From Candidatus Asbonarchaeum danakilense (lineage in GTDB: Archaea; Nanohalarchaeota; Nanosalinia; Nanosalinales; Nanoanaerosalinaceae): 41,119 bases of DNA. The first letter of the stretch is position 1. The number at the start of each line of letters is the position of its first letter. The notes below the pieces were generated by a model. It searched no databases, was not told the DNA's origin, and saw only the letters and a list, made by a program, of their open reading frames with translations. A program made the position numbers and the translations under genes. The stretch covers positions 1 to 41,119 of the forward strand of contig JAXINV010000021.1 in NCBI GenBank assembly GCA_034190465.1. The letters run 5' to 3'. Shown one piece after another: positions 28,924 through 37,495 of this stretch.

Positions 28924-29889
28924 ATGGACTGGGACAACTACACAGACACAGGAATGCTCAACGCAGCAGAAGACTTCCACAGCTGCAGCCATGGCGCGAT
29001 CAAGCCCACCTACATGATCGACAGTGACGGCGGACGCATCCTGCACACCGTCAGCCTCGGCGACGAATCCCGGCTCCACATCACGCGGGAGGTCTACGAC
29101 CGGCTCAGCGACACCGCGGTCCCGTCGCCCGACGTCGTCCACGACGCCGCCGACCAGACCGTGCCCTACCTCGTCGTCGAGGCAGTCGACGGCGACAACC
29201 CGGAGACCACGTACAGCGACATGCCGGTGGACGAGAAAGCATCGTTCTCCTACCAGGCCGGCCATGCGCTCGGCGAGGCTCACAGAGCGCTCAGGACAGA
29301 ATCGGCCGGCACGCTGGACGGCACCGGGGACGGCATCGAGATCCGTGACGCGGACTGGGACACGCTGCTCACCGGCCACATGCGGGACAAGATCGACTAC
29401 CTCCGCGAGACCGAGCTGGACAGCGCCCTGCTCGACGACGCCGAGCAACTGGTCGACACGATCGAGGACGAACTCGACGCGCCCGACGAACCCGGCATCA
29501 TCCACCTCGACTACCGGCCCGGCAACCTGATGTGGGACGACGGCGACGTCACCGCCGTCCTGGACTGGGACAACGCCCGAGCGGGCGACCAGCTGTACGA
29601 CTACGTCAACGCCGAGACATCGTTCGTCGAGAACGCTCCCGAAAAGCACCAGGACAATGTCAGGCAATCATTCCGCCAGGGATACGAGGACGCCGGGCAG
29701 ATCGTGGATGAAGACCGGCTGTACGAGACCTACCGCTACCTCTCCCTGCTCTCAAAGACAAAAGGGCTGCTGTACGTCAACGAGGAGTACAGCGCCGGGA
29801 GGGAGCAACGGGCAGAACGGTTCACAGAAGCGTTCAAAGAACAGCAGCCACAGCTGATGGCGCGATACGGGATAGAAGAAGAGAGGTAA
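28924..29889 (+). CDS. APH/choline-kinase-like phosphotransferase
   Basis: HLDYRPGNL and VLDWD motifs. Confidence 0.88.
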   Translation: MDWDNYTDTGMLNAAEDFHSCSHGAIKPTYMIDSDGGRILHTVSLGDESRLHITREVYDRLSDTAVPSPDVVHDAADQTVPYLVVEAVDGDNPETTYSDMPVDEKASFSYQAGHALGEAHRALRTESAGTLDGTGDGIEIRDADWDTLLTGHMRDKIDYLRETELDSALLDDAEQLVDTIEDELDAPDEPGIIHLDYRPGNLMWDDGDVTAVLDWDNARAGDQLYDYVNAETSFVENAPEKHQDNVRQSFRQGYEDAGQIVDEDRLYETYRYLSLLSKTKGLLYVNEEYSAGREQRAERFTEAFKEQQPQLMARYGIEEER

Positions 29890-29898
29890 CGAGGGAGC

Positions 29899-30069
29899 TT
29901 ACTCCTCGTCGTCCTCTTCCTCGCCAGCACCCTGTTTCTTGATCTGTGCGCGCTGGACGAGCTGGTTCTTGACCTTCTCCAGGATGACGATGCTTGTCGC
30001 CAGGTCGAAGCTGGAGTTTGTGTTCATCTTGCCGTCTTCGTCTACCTCGATCTCGATCGTCTGGGCCAT
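29899..30069 (-). CDS. small hypothetical protein
   Basis: MAQTIEIEVDEDG...; host-like codons and an acidic tail. Confidence 0.6.
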   Translation of the reverse strand: MAQTIEIEVDEDGKMNTNSSFDLATSIVILEKVKNQLVQRAQIKKQGAGEEEDDEE

Positions 30070-30116
30070 GGGTAACACGGAACGGTTCACGGGCTCAACA
30101 TTGAAAAAGAAATCGG

Positions 30117-30356
30117 TCACTTCCACGCCGGCATCTCATCCAGCTTCCGCCGCACATGGCGCAGCGCCTTCTCACGGTCGCCGACGTCGTGCTCAGCCAT
30201 CAGCCGGTCCGCCACCTTCTGCTCGACCGCCGAACGGGACAGCAGCTCGCCTTCGTGGTCCGCACAGGCGGAACAGTACGGGATGCCTGCATCGTCCCCC
30301 GCATGGTCCTCCTCCGACGGCATCTCAACACCGCAGCTTTCACACCGTTCAACCAT
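30117..30356 (-). CDS. zinc-ribbon protein
   Basis: CESCG..M...YCSAC...G and C-terminal MPAW. Confidence 0.75.
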   Translation of the reverse strand: MVERCESCGVEMPSEEDHAGDDAGIPYCSACADHEGELLSRSAVEQKVADRLMAEHDVGDREKALRHVRRKLDEMPAWK

Positions 30357-30387
30357 GGGCAGGTATGGGCGGCGCAGGCTTAAGAAG

Positions 30388-31170
30388 TCACGTGGAGTAG
30401 TCCGCGCCGAACTGGTCCAGGTTGGACTGGCTCTCCCGGAACTGGTCGTAGTCCGAGATCACGTCCTCCATCTCGACCTCGACGAACTCCAGGTCGCGTT
30501 CCGCCAGGTAGTCCTGCACGCTGTCTGACGCCTTCGGCGCGACCAGGATGCCGCGCAGCTCACGGCCCGGGAACTCGTCCTCGATCTCGTCCATGTATCG
30601 GTTCAGCTGGAGCACCGAGTTGTGGTCCGGGTTGCGCTTCACCTCGATGACCACCAGCTTGTCGTCCGTGTCCCGCGCAAAGACGTCGATGAACCCGGCC
30701 GGCGTGTCCTTCTCCCGTTCCACCACCGTCAGCCCGTCCTCCACGATGTCCGGCTCCTCCTCGATCGCCTCGTGGATATCGACCTCGTGGCCCCTGACCT
30801 GCAGGTCGCTCCGGTCCACCATCTGCGTGACATAGATCATCTCCAGTTCCTCAAACCGGATCGTCACCGTCTCCTGCGGGTCGTGGCGGCGGGAGTCCAA
30901 GACCAGCTCATCGCCGTCAATCCTCACGTCGAACGAGTCCGTCTCCGGCTGCCAGTTCTTCGGCTGGTACTGTTCCGGGCCGTGGACCAGCAGCGCGTTG
31001 TCCTGCTTCACGATGACAAGCCGCTCACCACGGTCCAGCTTTGACTTGGCCCTGCCCTGGTAGTTGACCGAGCACAGTCCTGTGACCTGGAGCACGTACG
31101 GCCGTGCGATGTACTGCTCCACGAGGTCGCGGGCCTGTTCCAGCGACGGGCCCTGGACGAGTTCCTGCAT
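30388..31170 (-). CDS. nucS: endonuclease NucS/EndoMS
   Basis: C.V.Y.GRA.S.L..GER, P.NWQP, G.IDV...D......IEVKR, QL.RY, RGILVAP. Confidence 0.95.
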   Translation of the reverse strand: MQELVQGPSLEQARDLVEQYIARPYVLQVTGLCSVNYQGRAKSKLDRGERLVIVKQDNALLVHGPEQYQPKNWQPETDSFDVRIDGDELVLDSRRHDPQETVTIRFEELEMIYVTQMVDRSDLQVRGHEVDIHEAIEEEPDIVEDGLTVVEREKDTPAGFIDVFARDTDDKLVVIEVKRNPDHNSVLQLNRYMDEIEDEFPGRELRGILVAPKASDSVQDYLAERDLEFVEVEMEDVISDYDQFRESQSNLDQFGADYST

Positions 31171-31230
31171 GGCCGCTGCTGGGGTTCGAACAGTCTTAAG
31201 GGTTGCGGCAGGTGGGAGAAAGGAAAAAGT

Positions 31231-31379
31231 GAGAGGCAGCGGGCAGCAGGCGGAGTGGGTATGGTATCGTCCTGCTGCCCGGGTTCGGAGCGGTCCTGGC
31301 TTCCCCCGGTGCGGCGGTGCTGCTGTGGGACAGGGCAGCACGACCGCGGCTGGCCGGACGGCTGTCCTCCTAGCCTCTC
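31231..31379 (-). ncRNA. candidate ~150-nt structured RNA
   Basis: Closing stem GAGAGGC/GCCTCTC, 11-bp CGGGCAGCAGG/CCTGCTGCCCG hairpin and GCGG..GTGCTGC/GCAGCAC..CCGC arm; followed by a T-rich tract. Confidence 0.6.
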
Positions 31380-31383
31380 TGTG

Positions 31384-31536
31384 TTATTGTTCTAACTGGG
31401 CGAGTGCATCGTCGAAGTGCTCAGGGCACAGCGTTTTGCCCGAGCGTTTGAACACGCCCTTCCGTTCACGGTGTTCAGGAACTCGGAGCACGAGCGGCAC
31501 CTCAAGCTGTGCACCGCACCGTTCGCAGCTTTCCAT
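31384..31536 (-). CDS. 50-aa Zn-finger-like protein (CxxC...CxxH)
   Basis: MESCERCGAQLEVP...KTLCPEHFDDALAQLEQ; strong GGAGGTGA SD upstream. Confidence 0.65.
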   Translation of the reverse strand: MESCERCGAQLEVPLVLRVPEHRERKGVFKRSGKTLCPEHFDDALAQLEQ

Positions 31537-31556
31537 TGTGTTGTCACCTCCGGAAG

Positions 31557-31706
31557 AACCGTCCGCCCGATTTGAACGGGCAGTTCCGTGCTTAGCCATC
31601 GCACCCCTGAGGAAGGTAGTGCGGTGGGTCGACACGGCGTGTTGCCAGGGAGGCCCTGGGCATGCGGTTGGAGGCAGCAGGGGCATGCCCTTGACACCAG
31701 GACGGC
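31557..31706 (-). ncRNA. tRNA-like RNA with expanded D and anticodon arms
   Basis: Acceptor GCCGTCC/GGACGGT, D-stem GTGT/ACAC with TGG, stem CCGTG/CACGG, variable loop AACT, T-arm GCCCG-TTCAAAT-CGGGC. Confidence 0.72.
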
Positions 31707-32055
31707 ACGAGAAGGATCTTTCGTCCGCCCGTGTTCCACACCCGGTGAGGCCGCGGTGAGAAGGGGAGGCGGGCTACTCGGTTATCATCTCCACATAATA
31801 TTGTGGACAAAATAGGTGGAGACTGTTGAGACTAGGTGCTTGACAAATCCTGTGGGCGTACAGCCCGTCCGAGCACCAGTCTCAACTGTCATGTGGTAGC
31901 CCTCTTACAGCACCTAAATGCCTCCCCTCCTTTAAATATGTTGCGCCAGTCAGGGTCGGCAGCCGGTAAACGATCGTAAGATTTGCTACCCGAAGATATA
32001 ACTTTTATAAGGTTCGCGTCCGCTTCGGGTTTTGAATACAAAGAGGCCGCACCCG

Positions 32056-33183
32056 ATGTCAGACACCGACCAGTACCTCGAGATGGACTCCGTCAAGTGG
32101 ATGGACGAGCAGAACACACTCGTCCTGCGAAACAGCGAGGAGGAACGCTACCGGATGGTACCCGTCGGCCAGGACGTCGGCGAGGAGCTGCTACCAGAAG
32201 CATACGACGCCGTCTTCAACGGCGAAGAGGACGAGTACGCGGACATGGCCAAGCACAGCATCGACTACGCAGAGAACGACATCGGGACGACCACCGTCGA
32301 CTACGACGACGTCGACCTCGGCCTGCAGGACGCGGAAGTACTGGAGACCGAGCTCGATGTCAACGGCGAAGGACTCGAGACCCGTGTCGCCACAGGTATC
32401 CTTTACTCACTTCTCGGCGACGGCGACATCCGGGTCCACGAGGACCTGACCGCCGAACAGGACGCGCTGCAGTACGTCGCCAGCCTGGAATGGGACTGGG
32501 TCCGTGCCAACCAGCGGGACCTGGACGAGGAGTTCACCGCGATCGACGACCTGTCCTACGACGCCGCCACCACCGAGCTCGGCGAATACGAGGACGAGGT
32601 CGTTTTCGACGGCTTCGAGAGCGAGGAGATCCAGCAGCAAGGCATCCAGGCCATGATGGGCGGCCAGGGCATGCAGGAGATCACCTGGACGCGGCTGGAC
32701 AGCACGACGGAAGACGACAGGAGCTACCGGATGCAGACCATCCCCGAGGCCGGCGAGATGCTGTGGAAGGAGTACCAGCAGACCGAGGGTGCGCAGGGCT
32801 CCTTCCAGGACGAGGCACTGGAGAGCATCAACACCTACACACCGATCTCCCTGCCGTCGAAGCTGTTCGAGGACGGCGCGGCAGAGCCCAGGTTGTACGG
32901 CTCGTTCCTCATCGACCAGGACGGCGAATCGATCCAGCCGCACTCGCTGAAGATCCAGCTGGACAAGGAGGACGAGGATCCGGTCGTCTTCGAGGCGCCG
33001 GCCGGCCTCACACCGCACTACGTCCCCTCCGTCGACGAGCAGATGACCGCGCGGAGCCTGACCGAGGAGGAACGTGAGGAGCTGATGCAGCAACAGCAGC
33101 AACAGCAGGCCATCCTTCAGGGCGGTCAGGACCAGCAGGCGGAAGCCCAGCAGCAGGAGCCGGATCTGGACTACATCCAGTGA
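32056..33183 (+). CDS. hypothetical very acidic protein with a Gln-rich tail
   Basis: Long ORF with host-like codons; TTTTATAA upstream. Confidence 0.78.
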   Translation: MSDTDQYLEMDSVKWMDEQNTLVLRNSEEERYRMVPVGQDVGEELLPEAYDAVFNGEEDEYADMAKHSIDYAENDIGTTTVDYDDVDLGLQDAEVLETELDVNGEGLETRVATGILYSLLGDGDIRVHEDLTAEQDALQYVASLEWDWVRANQRDLDEEFTAIDDLSYDAATTELGEYEDEVVFDGFESEEIQQQGIQAMMGGQGMQEITWTRLDSTTEDDRSYRMQTIPEAGEMLWKEYQQTEGAQGSFQDEALESINTYTPISLPSKLFEDGAAEPRLYGSFLIDQDGESIQPHSLKIQLDKEDEDPVVFEAPAGLTPHYVPSVDEQMTARSLTEEEREELMQQQQQQQAILQGGQDQQAEAQQQEPDLDYIQ

Positions 33184-33235
33184 CCGCGTGACAACCACCC
33201 GCATTTAAATCACCGCGACCCGGTTAGTTGGATGT

Positions 33236-34429
33236 ATGTTCATCCAGGACCCGATCCACGGCTACATCCAGCTCAACGACCTGGAGACCGACATCATCAG
33301 CAGCGAGGCCTACCAGCGGCTGCGACGGATCAAGCAGCTCGGCTGCAGCCATCTGGTCTATCCTTCGACCTCGCACACCAGGTTCGAGCACTCTCTCGGC
33401 ACGGCCTACCTCGCGGGCCGGTTCGCGGACTACCTGGACCTGGATGACGACGACAGAAACCATCTCCGGACGGCGGCACTGCTGCACGATACAGGGCACG
33501 GACCGTTCTCCCACGTCAGCGAACGAGTCATGGAAAACTACGGCAAGAGTCACGAAGACTTCTCCGCCGACGTCATCCGCGGCCCGCTCAGCGACACGCT
33601 TGAGCAACACGGCGTCGACCCGGACCGGGTCGTCGACCTGGTGAACGGGCGGACTGAGCTGGGCAGCGTCATCGCCGGGGACATCGATGTCGACCGGATG
33701 GACTACCTGATGCGGGACTCCCATTACTCCGGCGTGGCGCACGGCACGATCGACGACGAGACCATCATGCGGGCCGCCACGCTCCACAATGGTTCACTTG
33801 TCTTCCACGCCAAGTTCCGCCAGGCCTTGGAAGGCCTGCTGACCGCGCGGTACCTGATGATCCCAACCGTCTACACGCACGACTCCGTGACCCGGGCAGA
33901 GAAGATGATGGAGCGAGGTATCGATGAGATGGTCGTGGACGGCAGCATCGACGTGGACGAGCTCGCCACGATGGACGACATCGACCTCAAGTACCGGCTG
34001 CGGCATACCGATAACGAGCGGGCACGTTCCCTTAACAGCCGGCTGGACAACCGCAATATCTTCAAGACAGCGCTCCGCTGGGATGTGGACGACCTCTCAC
34101 GGGACGGGATGCGGGAGATCGCCCGGAACATGGACGATGAGCGGGAGATCGAGGAGGAGATCGCTGACGAGGCCGGGATGCCGGTGGAAGAGGTCCTCGT
34201 CAACTCCCCCCACATCCCGGCAAAACAGGACGTCGATGTCTCGCTGCTGGACGGAGACGAGACCACCTCGCTTGACGAGGTCTCACGGCTGACACAGGCG
34301 GTGCACAGCACCGAGTGGGAGCAGGTGGCACTCGAGGTCTACTGCCCGCCACGGAGGAAGGAAGCTGTGAGCGAGGCGGCCAAGGCCGTGTTGAAGCAGT
34401 ACAAGAGCCTGTTGCAGAAGTTCTTCTAA
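33236..34429 (+). CDS. HD-domain phosphohydrolase (dNTPase/YwfO-like)
   Basis: DPIHG, QRLRRIKQLG, HTRFEHSLG, LLHDTGHGPFSH, DVDRMDYLMRD. Confidence 0.93.
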   Translation: MFIQDPIHGYIQLNDLETDIISSEAYQRLRRIKQLGCSHLVYPSTSHTRFEHSLGTAYLAGRFADYLDLDDDDRNHLRTAALLHDTGHGPFSHVSERVMENYGKSHEDFSADVIRGPLSDTLEQHGVDPDRVVDLVNGRTELGSVIAGDIDVDRMDYLMRDSHYSGVAHGTIDDETIMRAATLHNGSLVFHAKFRQALEGLLTARYLMIPTVYTHDSVTRAEKMMERGIDEMVVDGSIDVDELATMDDIDLKYRLRHTDNERARSLNSRLDNRNIFKTALRWDVDDLSRDGMREIARNMDDEREIEEEIADEAGMPVEEVLVNSPHIPAKQDVDVSLLDGDETTSLDEVSRLTQAVHSTEWEQVALEVYCPPRRKEAVSEAAKAVLKQYKSLLQKFF

Positions 34430-34485
34430 CCCGGACCGCTTTTATAAATGTTGGCGGATATGAGGAGGTACGGAGGTGTTCAATA

Positions 34486-34680
34486 GTGCAAGGCACAGTT
34501 GACTTCTTCCACGATATGAAGAAGTACGGCTTCATCACGCCTGAAGGCGAAGAGGAAGACGATGTCTTCTTCCATGTGAGCGATCTCGAGGGAGAAGAAA
34601 TCGCGGAAGGCGATGAAGTCGAGTTCGAGACAGCCGAGGGCGAGAAGGGTCCCAAGGCAGTCAACATCCAGGTACTGTAA
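34486..34680 (+). CDS. csp: cold-shock protein
   Basis: GTV.FF....YGFI, DVFFHVS, GEKGPKAVN; GGAGGTG SD before the GTG. Confidence 0.93.
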   Translation: MQGTVDFFHDMKKYGFITPEGEEEDDVFFHVSDLEGEEIAEGDEVEFETAEGEKGPKAVNIQVL

Positions 34681-34773
34681 TTCAACGTTCTTTTTCACGG
34701 CGCTTCCGGACCCGTGGCCCCGTCACCGGTCCGGGAGGCACGCCGCTTTATCTTCAGGCATCGCACTGATCTC

Positions 34774-35544
34774 TCAGTTAACCTCCATCCGCTCGAAGAA
34801 GTATGCTCCCATCACCACTAACCCGGCGGCAAAGACCGCGAGCGCCGCTAGGTCGACGACGACAGGGAACATCGACACGCCGATCAGCGACGCACGGAGC
34901 CCGTCGACCCCGTACGTCAAGGGATTGAGGTATGAGAGCGGCCGGAGGAACAGAGGGAGGTTCTGTACCGGGTAGATGGCGCCCGAGAGGAAGAACACCG
35001 GGAAGATGACCAGGTTCATCACCATGCCGAAGCCCTGTGTGTCCCGCATGTTCGATGCGAAACTGATCCCCATCCCGATGAACGTCGCAGCGATCAGGAC
35101 GAGGAAGAGCAGTGCGACCGGCAGTGCAAGGACGCTTACGGGCCGGAAGCCGAGGGTGAGGGAGAACGCCAGCATCAGCACGCCCTGGATCACCGCCATC
35201 GTCCCCCCGCCCGCGATCCTGCCGAGGACGATCGAGACCCGGCTCGCCGGGGCGACGAGCACCTCCTTCAAAAAGCCGTTTTCCCGGTCCCAGAGCACCG
35301 ACATGCCGGCGAACGACGACGTGAACAGCATCGTCATCCCGACGATGCCCGGCACCAGGAACTGGAGGTAGCTCACCCCGTCCGGCAGCCCGCCCAGGTC
35401 CAGCGAGTTGAACCCGGTCCCGAGGAAGAGCATGAACAGCATCGGCATCGCCAGGCTGCCGAAAATGCGTGACGGTGAACGGCGCAGCCGCCGCATCTCC
35501 CGCCGCCACAGCGCATAGACCACGTTCAGATCGATCGGTTTCAT
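34774..35544 (-). CDS. ABC-2 type permease
   Basis: FLVPGI, DRENGFLKEVLVAP, FFLSGA.YP, NPLTYGVDGLR. Confidence 0.92.
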   Translation of the reverse strand: MKPIDLNVVYALWRREMRRLRRSPSRIFGSLAMPMLFMLFLGTGFNSLDLGGLPDGVSYLQFLVPGIVGMTMLFTSSFAGMSVLWDRENGFLKEVLVAPASRVSIVLGRIAGGGTMAVIQGVLMLAFSLTLGFRPVSVLALPVALLFLVLIAATFIGMGISFASNMRDTQGFGMVMNLVIFPVFFLSGAIYPVQNLPLFLRPLSYLNPLTYGVDGLRASLIGVSMFPVVVDLAALAVFAAGLVVMGAYFFERMEVN

Positions 35545-36512
35545 GTCGTATCACCGTCCAGTACAGTGTTCTCGTCGAAGGTGCTGCCCGTGACGTGGAG
35601 GAAGACGTCCTCCAGGCTGGGCTTCCGCATGTTGATGGATTCGATGTCCGCGCCGGCCGACCCGATGACATCAATCAGGCTCGTGATGTGCCGCTCGGCA
35701 TCTGTCGCCGTGATCGAGACAATAGCATCGTCGTTTTCCGCCTTTTCGACCCATTCGCATCCGTCGAGATCGTCGATCAGGCCGTCGACGTACTGGTCGA
35801 GCTCCACCCGTATGATGTCGCCACCGATCTGTTGTTTCAAATTTGCAGGTGTATCCAGTGCCCGTATCCTGCCCTCCTGCAGGATCGCCGTCCGGTCGCA
35901 CAGCGTGTCGGCCTCCTCCATATAGTGGGTGGTCAGGATGATCGTCATGCCCTCGTCCCGGTTCAGGTGCTCGATGTAATCCCAGATACGGCGTCGGGTC
36001 TCCGCGTCCAGCCCCAGGGTGGGCTCATCCAGGAACAGGATTTCCGGTCGGTGCAGCAGGCCGCGGGCCAACTCCAGACGCCGTTTCATGCCGCCAGAGT
36101 AGTCCTCGACCTTCTTGTCCGCGTCTTCCTGCAGGTCGACGAGTTCCAGCATCTCCCGGATCCGTTCCTCCTTGTCTTCCAGGTCGTACATGTCGGCGTG
36201 GAACTCCATGTTGTCCCGCCCTGTCAGCCAGTCATCCAGCGCGGCCTCCTGGAACACCATGCCGATGCTGTCACGCACCCCGCCCGGTTCTTCCTGGATA
36301 TCGAAGCCGTTCACAGTTGCGGAGCCCTGCGTCGGCGCCAGCAGCGTCGCCATCATGTTGACCGTCGTCGTCTTGCCGGCACCGTTCGGGCCCAGGATGC
36401 CGAAGATCTCGCCCTGCCTGACCGTGAACGAGATCGTGTCGACCGCCGGATCGCTGCCGTAGAACTTCGTCAGGCCGTCGACCTGGATCGCGTCACCGCC
36501 GGTCCCGGACAT
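35541..36512 (-). CDS. ABC transporter ATP-binding protein (DrrA-like)
   Basis: GPNGAGKTT, YSGGMKRR, LFLDEPT, TTHYMEEA. Confidence 0.95.
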   Translation of the reverse strand: MSGTGGDAIQVDGLTKFYGSDPAVDTISFTVRQGEIFGILGPNGAGKTTTVNMMATLLAPTQGSATVNGFDIQEEPGGVRDSIGMVFQEAALDDWLTGRDNMEFHADMYDLEDKEERIREMLELVDLQEDADKKVEDYSGGMKRRLELARGLLHRPEILFLDEPTLGLDAETRRRIWDYIEHLNRDEGMTIILTTHYMEEADTLCDRTAILQEGRIRALDTPANLKQQIGGDIIRVELDQYVDGLIDDLDGCEWVEKAENDDAIVSITATDAERHITSLIDVIGSAGADIESINMRKPSLEDVFLHVTGSTFDENTVLDGDTT

Positions 36513-36652
36513 GTACAGTTCACCACCGCTGCAGGCTTTTAACCGTTTACCTCCACTTGACGACAGGATACTACCCACGGCTTCACGGCGAGAAAACCGA
36601 CTGGCAGGGTAAGCATCTCCATTGGAGATGTAGCACCGCCCTTTCTTCAAAA

Positions 36653-36883
36653 TGGCAGGGCCCGGATTTGAACTCGAAAATCAAAGATTTTCTTGGGGTT
36701 CAAATCCACAAGCCTTTCAGTGGGTTCGCTTGCGAACCCGCTCTTGCGTGTCGACCGAGCGTAACCAGTCGGATGGCAGGGCCCGGATTTGAACCGGTCG
36801 CAGATCACAGACCATGCTCAAGGTTCAAAACACGGGCTTGTCAGCGAACGAACGTGAGATGGCAGGGCCCGGATTTGAACCGG
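36653..36883 (-). repeat. two extra copies of the tRNA-Pro 3' end, each preceded by a fold-back copy
   Basis: On the plus strand TGGCAGGGCCCGGATTTGAAC starts at 36653, 36774 and 36860; GAAAATCAAAGATTTTC hairpin at 36676-36692. Confidence 0.9.
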
Positions 36884-36932
36884 GGTCCACAGCGCCCGAG
36901 GCTGCGATGATAGTCCACTACACCACCCCGCC
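36860..36932 (-). tRNA. tRNA-Pro(CGG)
   Basis: GGCGGGGTGGTGTAGTGGACTATCATCGCAGCCTCGGGCGCTGTGGACCCCGGTTCAAATCCGGGCCCTGCCA. Confidence 0.9.
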
Positions 36933-36977
36933 ACATGACACTCAACACGCGGTGATGATGGCCGAACACAGCGGTTC

Positions 36978-36999
36978 GTCCAGTACACCACCCCGCCAC
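36978..36999 (-). repeat. copy of the tRNA-Pro 5' end
   Basis: GTCCAGTACACCACCCCGCCAC versus GTCCACTACACCACCCCGCCAC at 36913-36934 (1 mismatch). Confidence 0.85.
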
Positions 37000-37039
37000 G
37001 TCTCGTCCAGTTCGCTGTATTGAGCAAGACTGGCAACTT

Positions 37040-37495
37040 TTAAATCGTGTCCGGCGCCACGTCACGGACCGCGTCCAGCGGCAGCGAACCGCGCTCCCAC
37101 CAGTCAGCGACTGCCTGCTCGATGTACCGGGCGCGGAGCTCGCGGCTGTCAAACTCGTCGAGCGCGACCCAGGCCACATCCTGCACCGAGTCCTCGGCCG
37201 GAACCGACGGCTCGCCTTCCGCCCTCCCGGCGAACACCAGATTGATCACGCGGTCGTCCGAGGAATCGCTGTCACCGAGATAGACACCGACCAGGCCGTG
37301 CAGCTCCACGTCCAGTCCCGTCTCCTCGCCGGCCTCGCGCCTGGCCGCCTCCTGCGGCTCTTCGTCCATCTCCAGCTTGCCGGCCGGCAGGTTCCACACA
37401 CCAGCGATGTGGTCCTTGCCCTCCTGCACCAGCAGAAGCTCGTCATCCTCCACGATCAGTACCGAGCAGACCGGCAGGTAGTCGTAGCCCTCCAT
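37040..37495 (-). CDS. Nudix hydrolase
   Basis: Nudix box GKLEMDEEPQEAARREAGEETGL. Confidence 0.93.
   Translation of the reverse strand: MEGYDYLPVCSVLIVEDDELLLVQEGKDHIAGVWNLPAGKLEMDEEPQEAARREAGEETGLDVELHGLVGVYLGDSDSSDDRVINLVFAGRAEGEPSVPAEDSVQDVAWVALDEFDSRELRARYIEQAVADWWERGSLPLDAVRDVAPDTI

Noticed and set aside
31215..31790. tmRNA, RNase P RNA, SRP RNA or 5S rRNA
   Set aside because: No G3-U70 alanine acceptor, no GAGGAAAGUCC-type P4 motif, no SRP helix-8 motif and no 5S consensus recognisable by eye.
33085..33160. CAG/CAA run as a repeat element
   Set aside because: Simply encodes a Gln-rich C-terminal tail.
34706..34736. Hairpin between csp and the ABC permease as a novel element
   Set aside because: A single stem between convergent genes next to a T-tract, consistent with a terminator region.
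36653..36883. CRISPR array
   Set aside because: The repeat is the tRNA-Pro 3' end, spacers are unequal (about 60 and 100 bp) and self-complementary to the repeat, and there are no cas genes.
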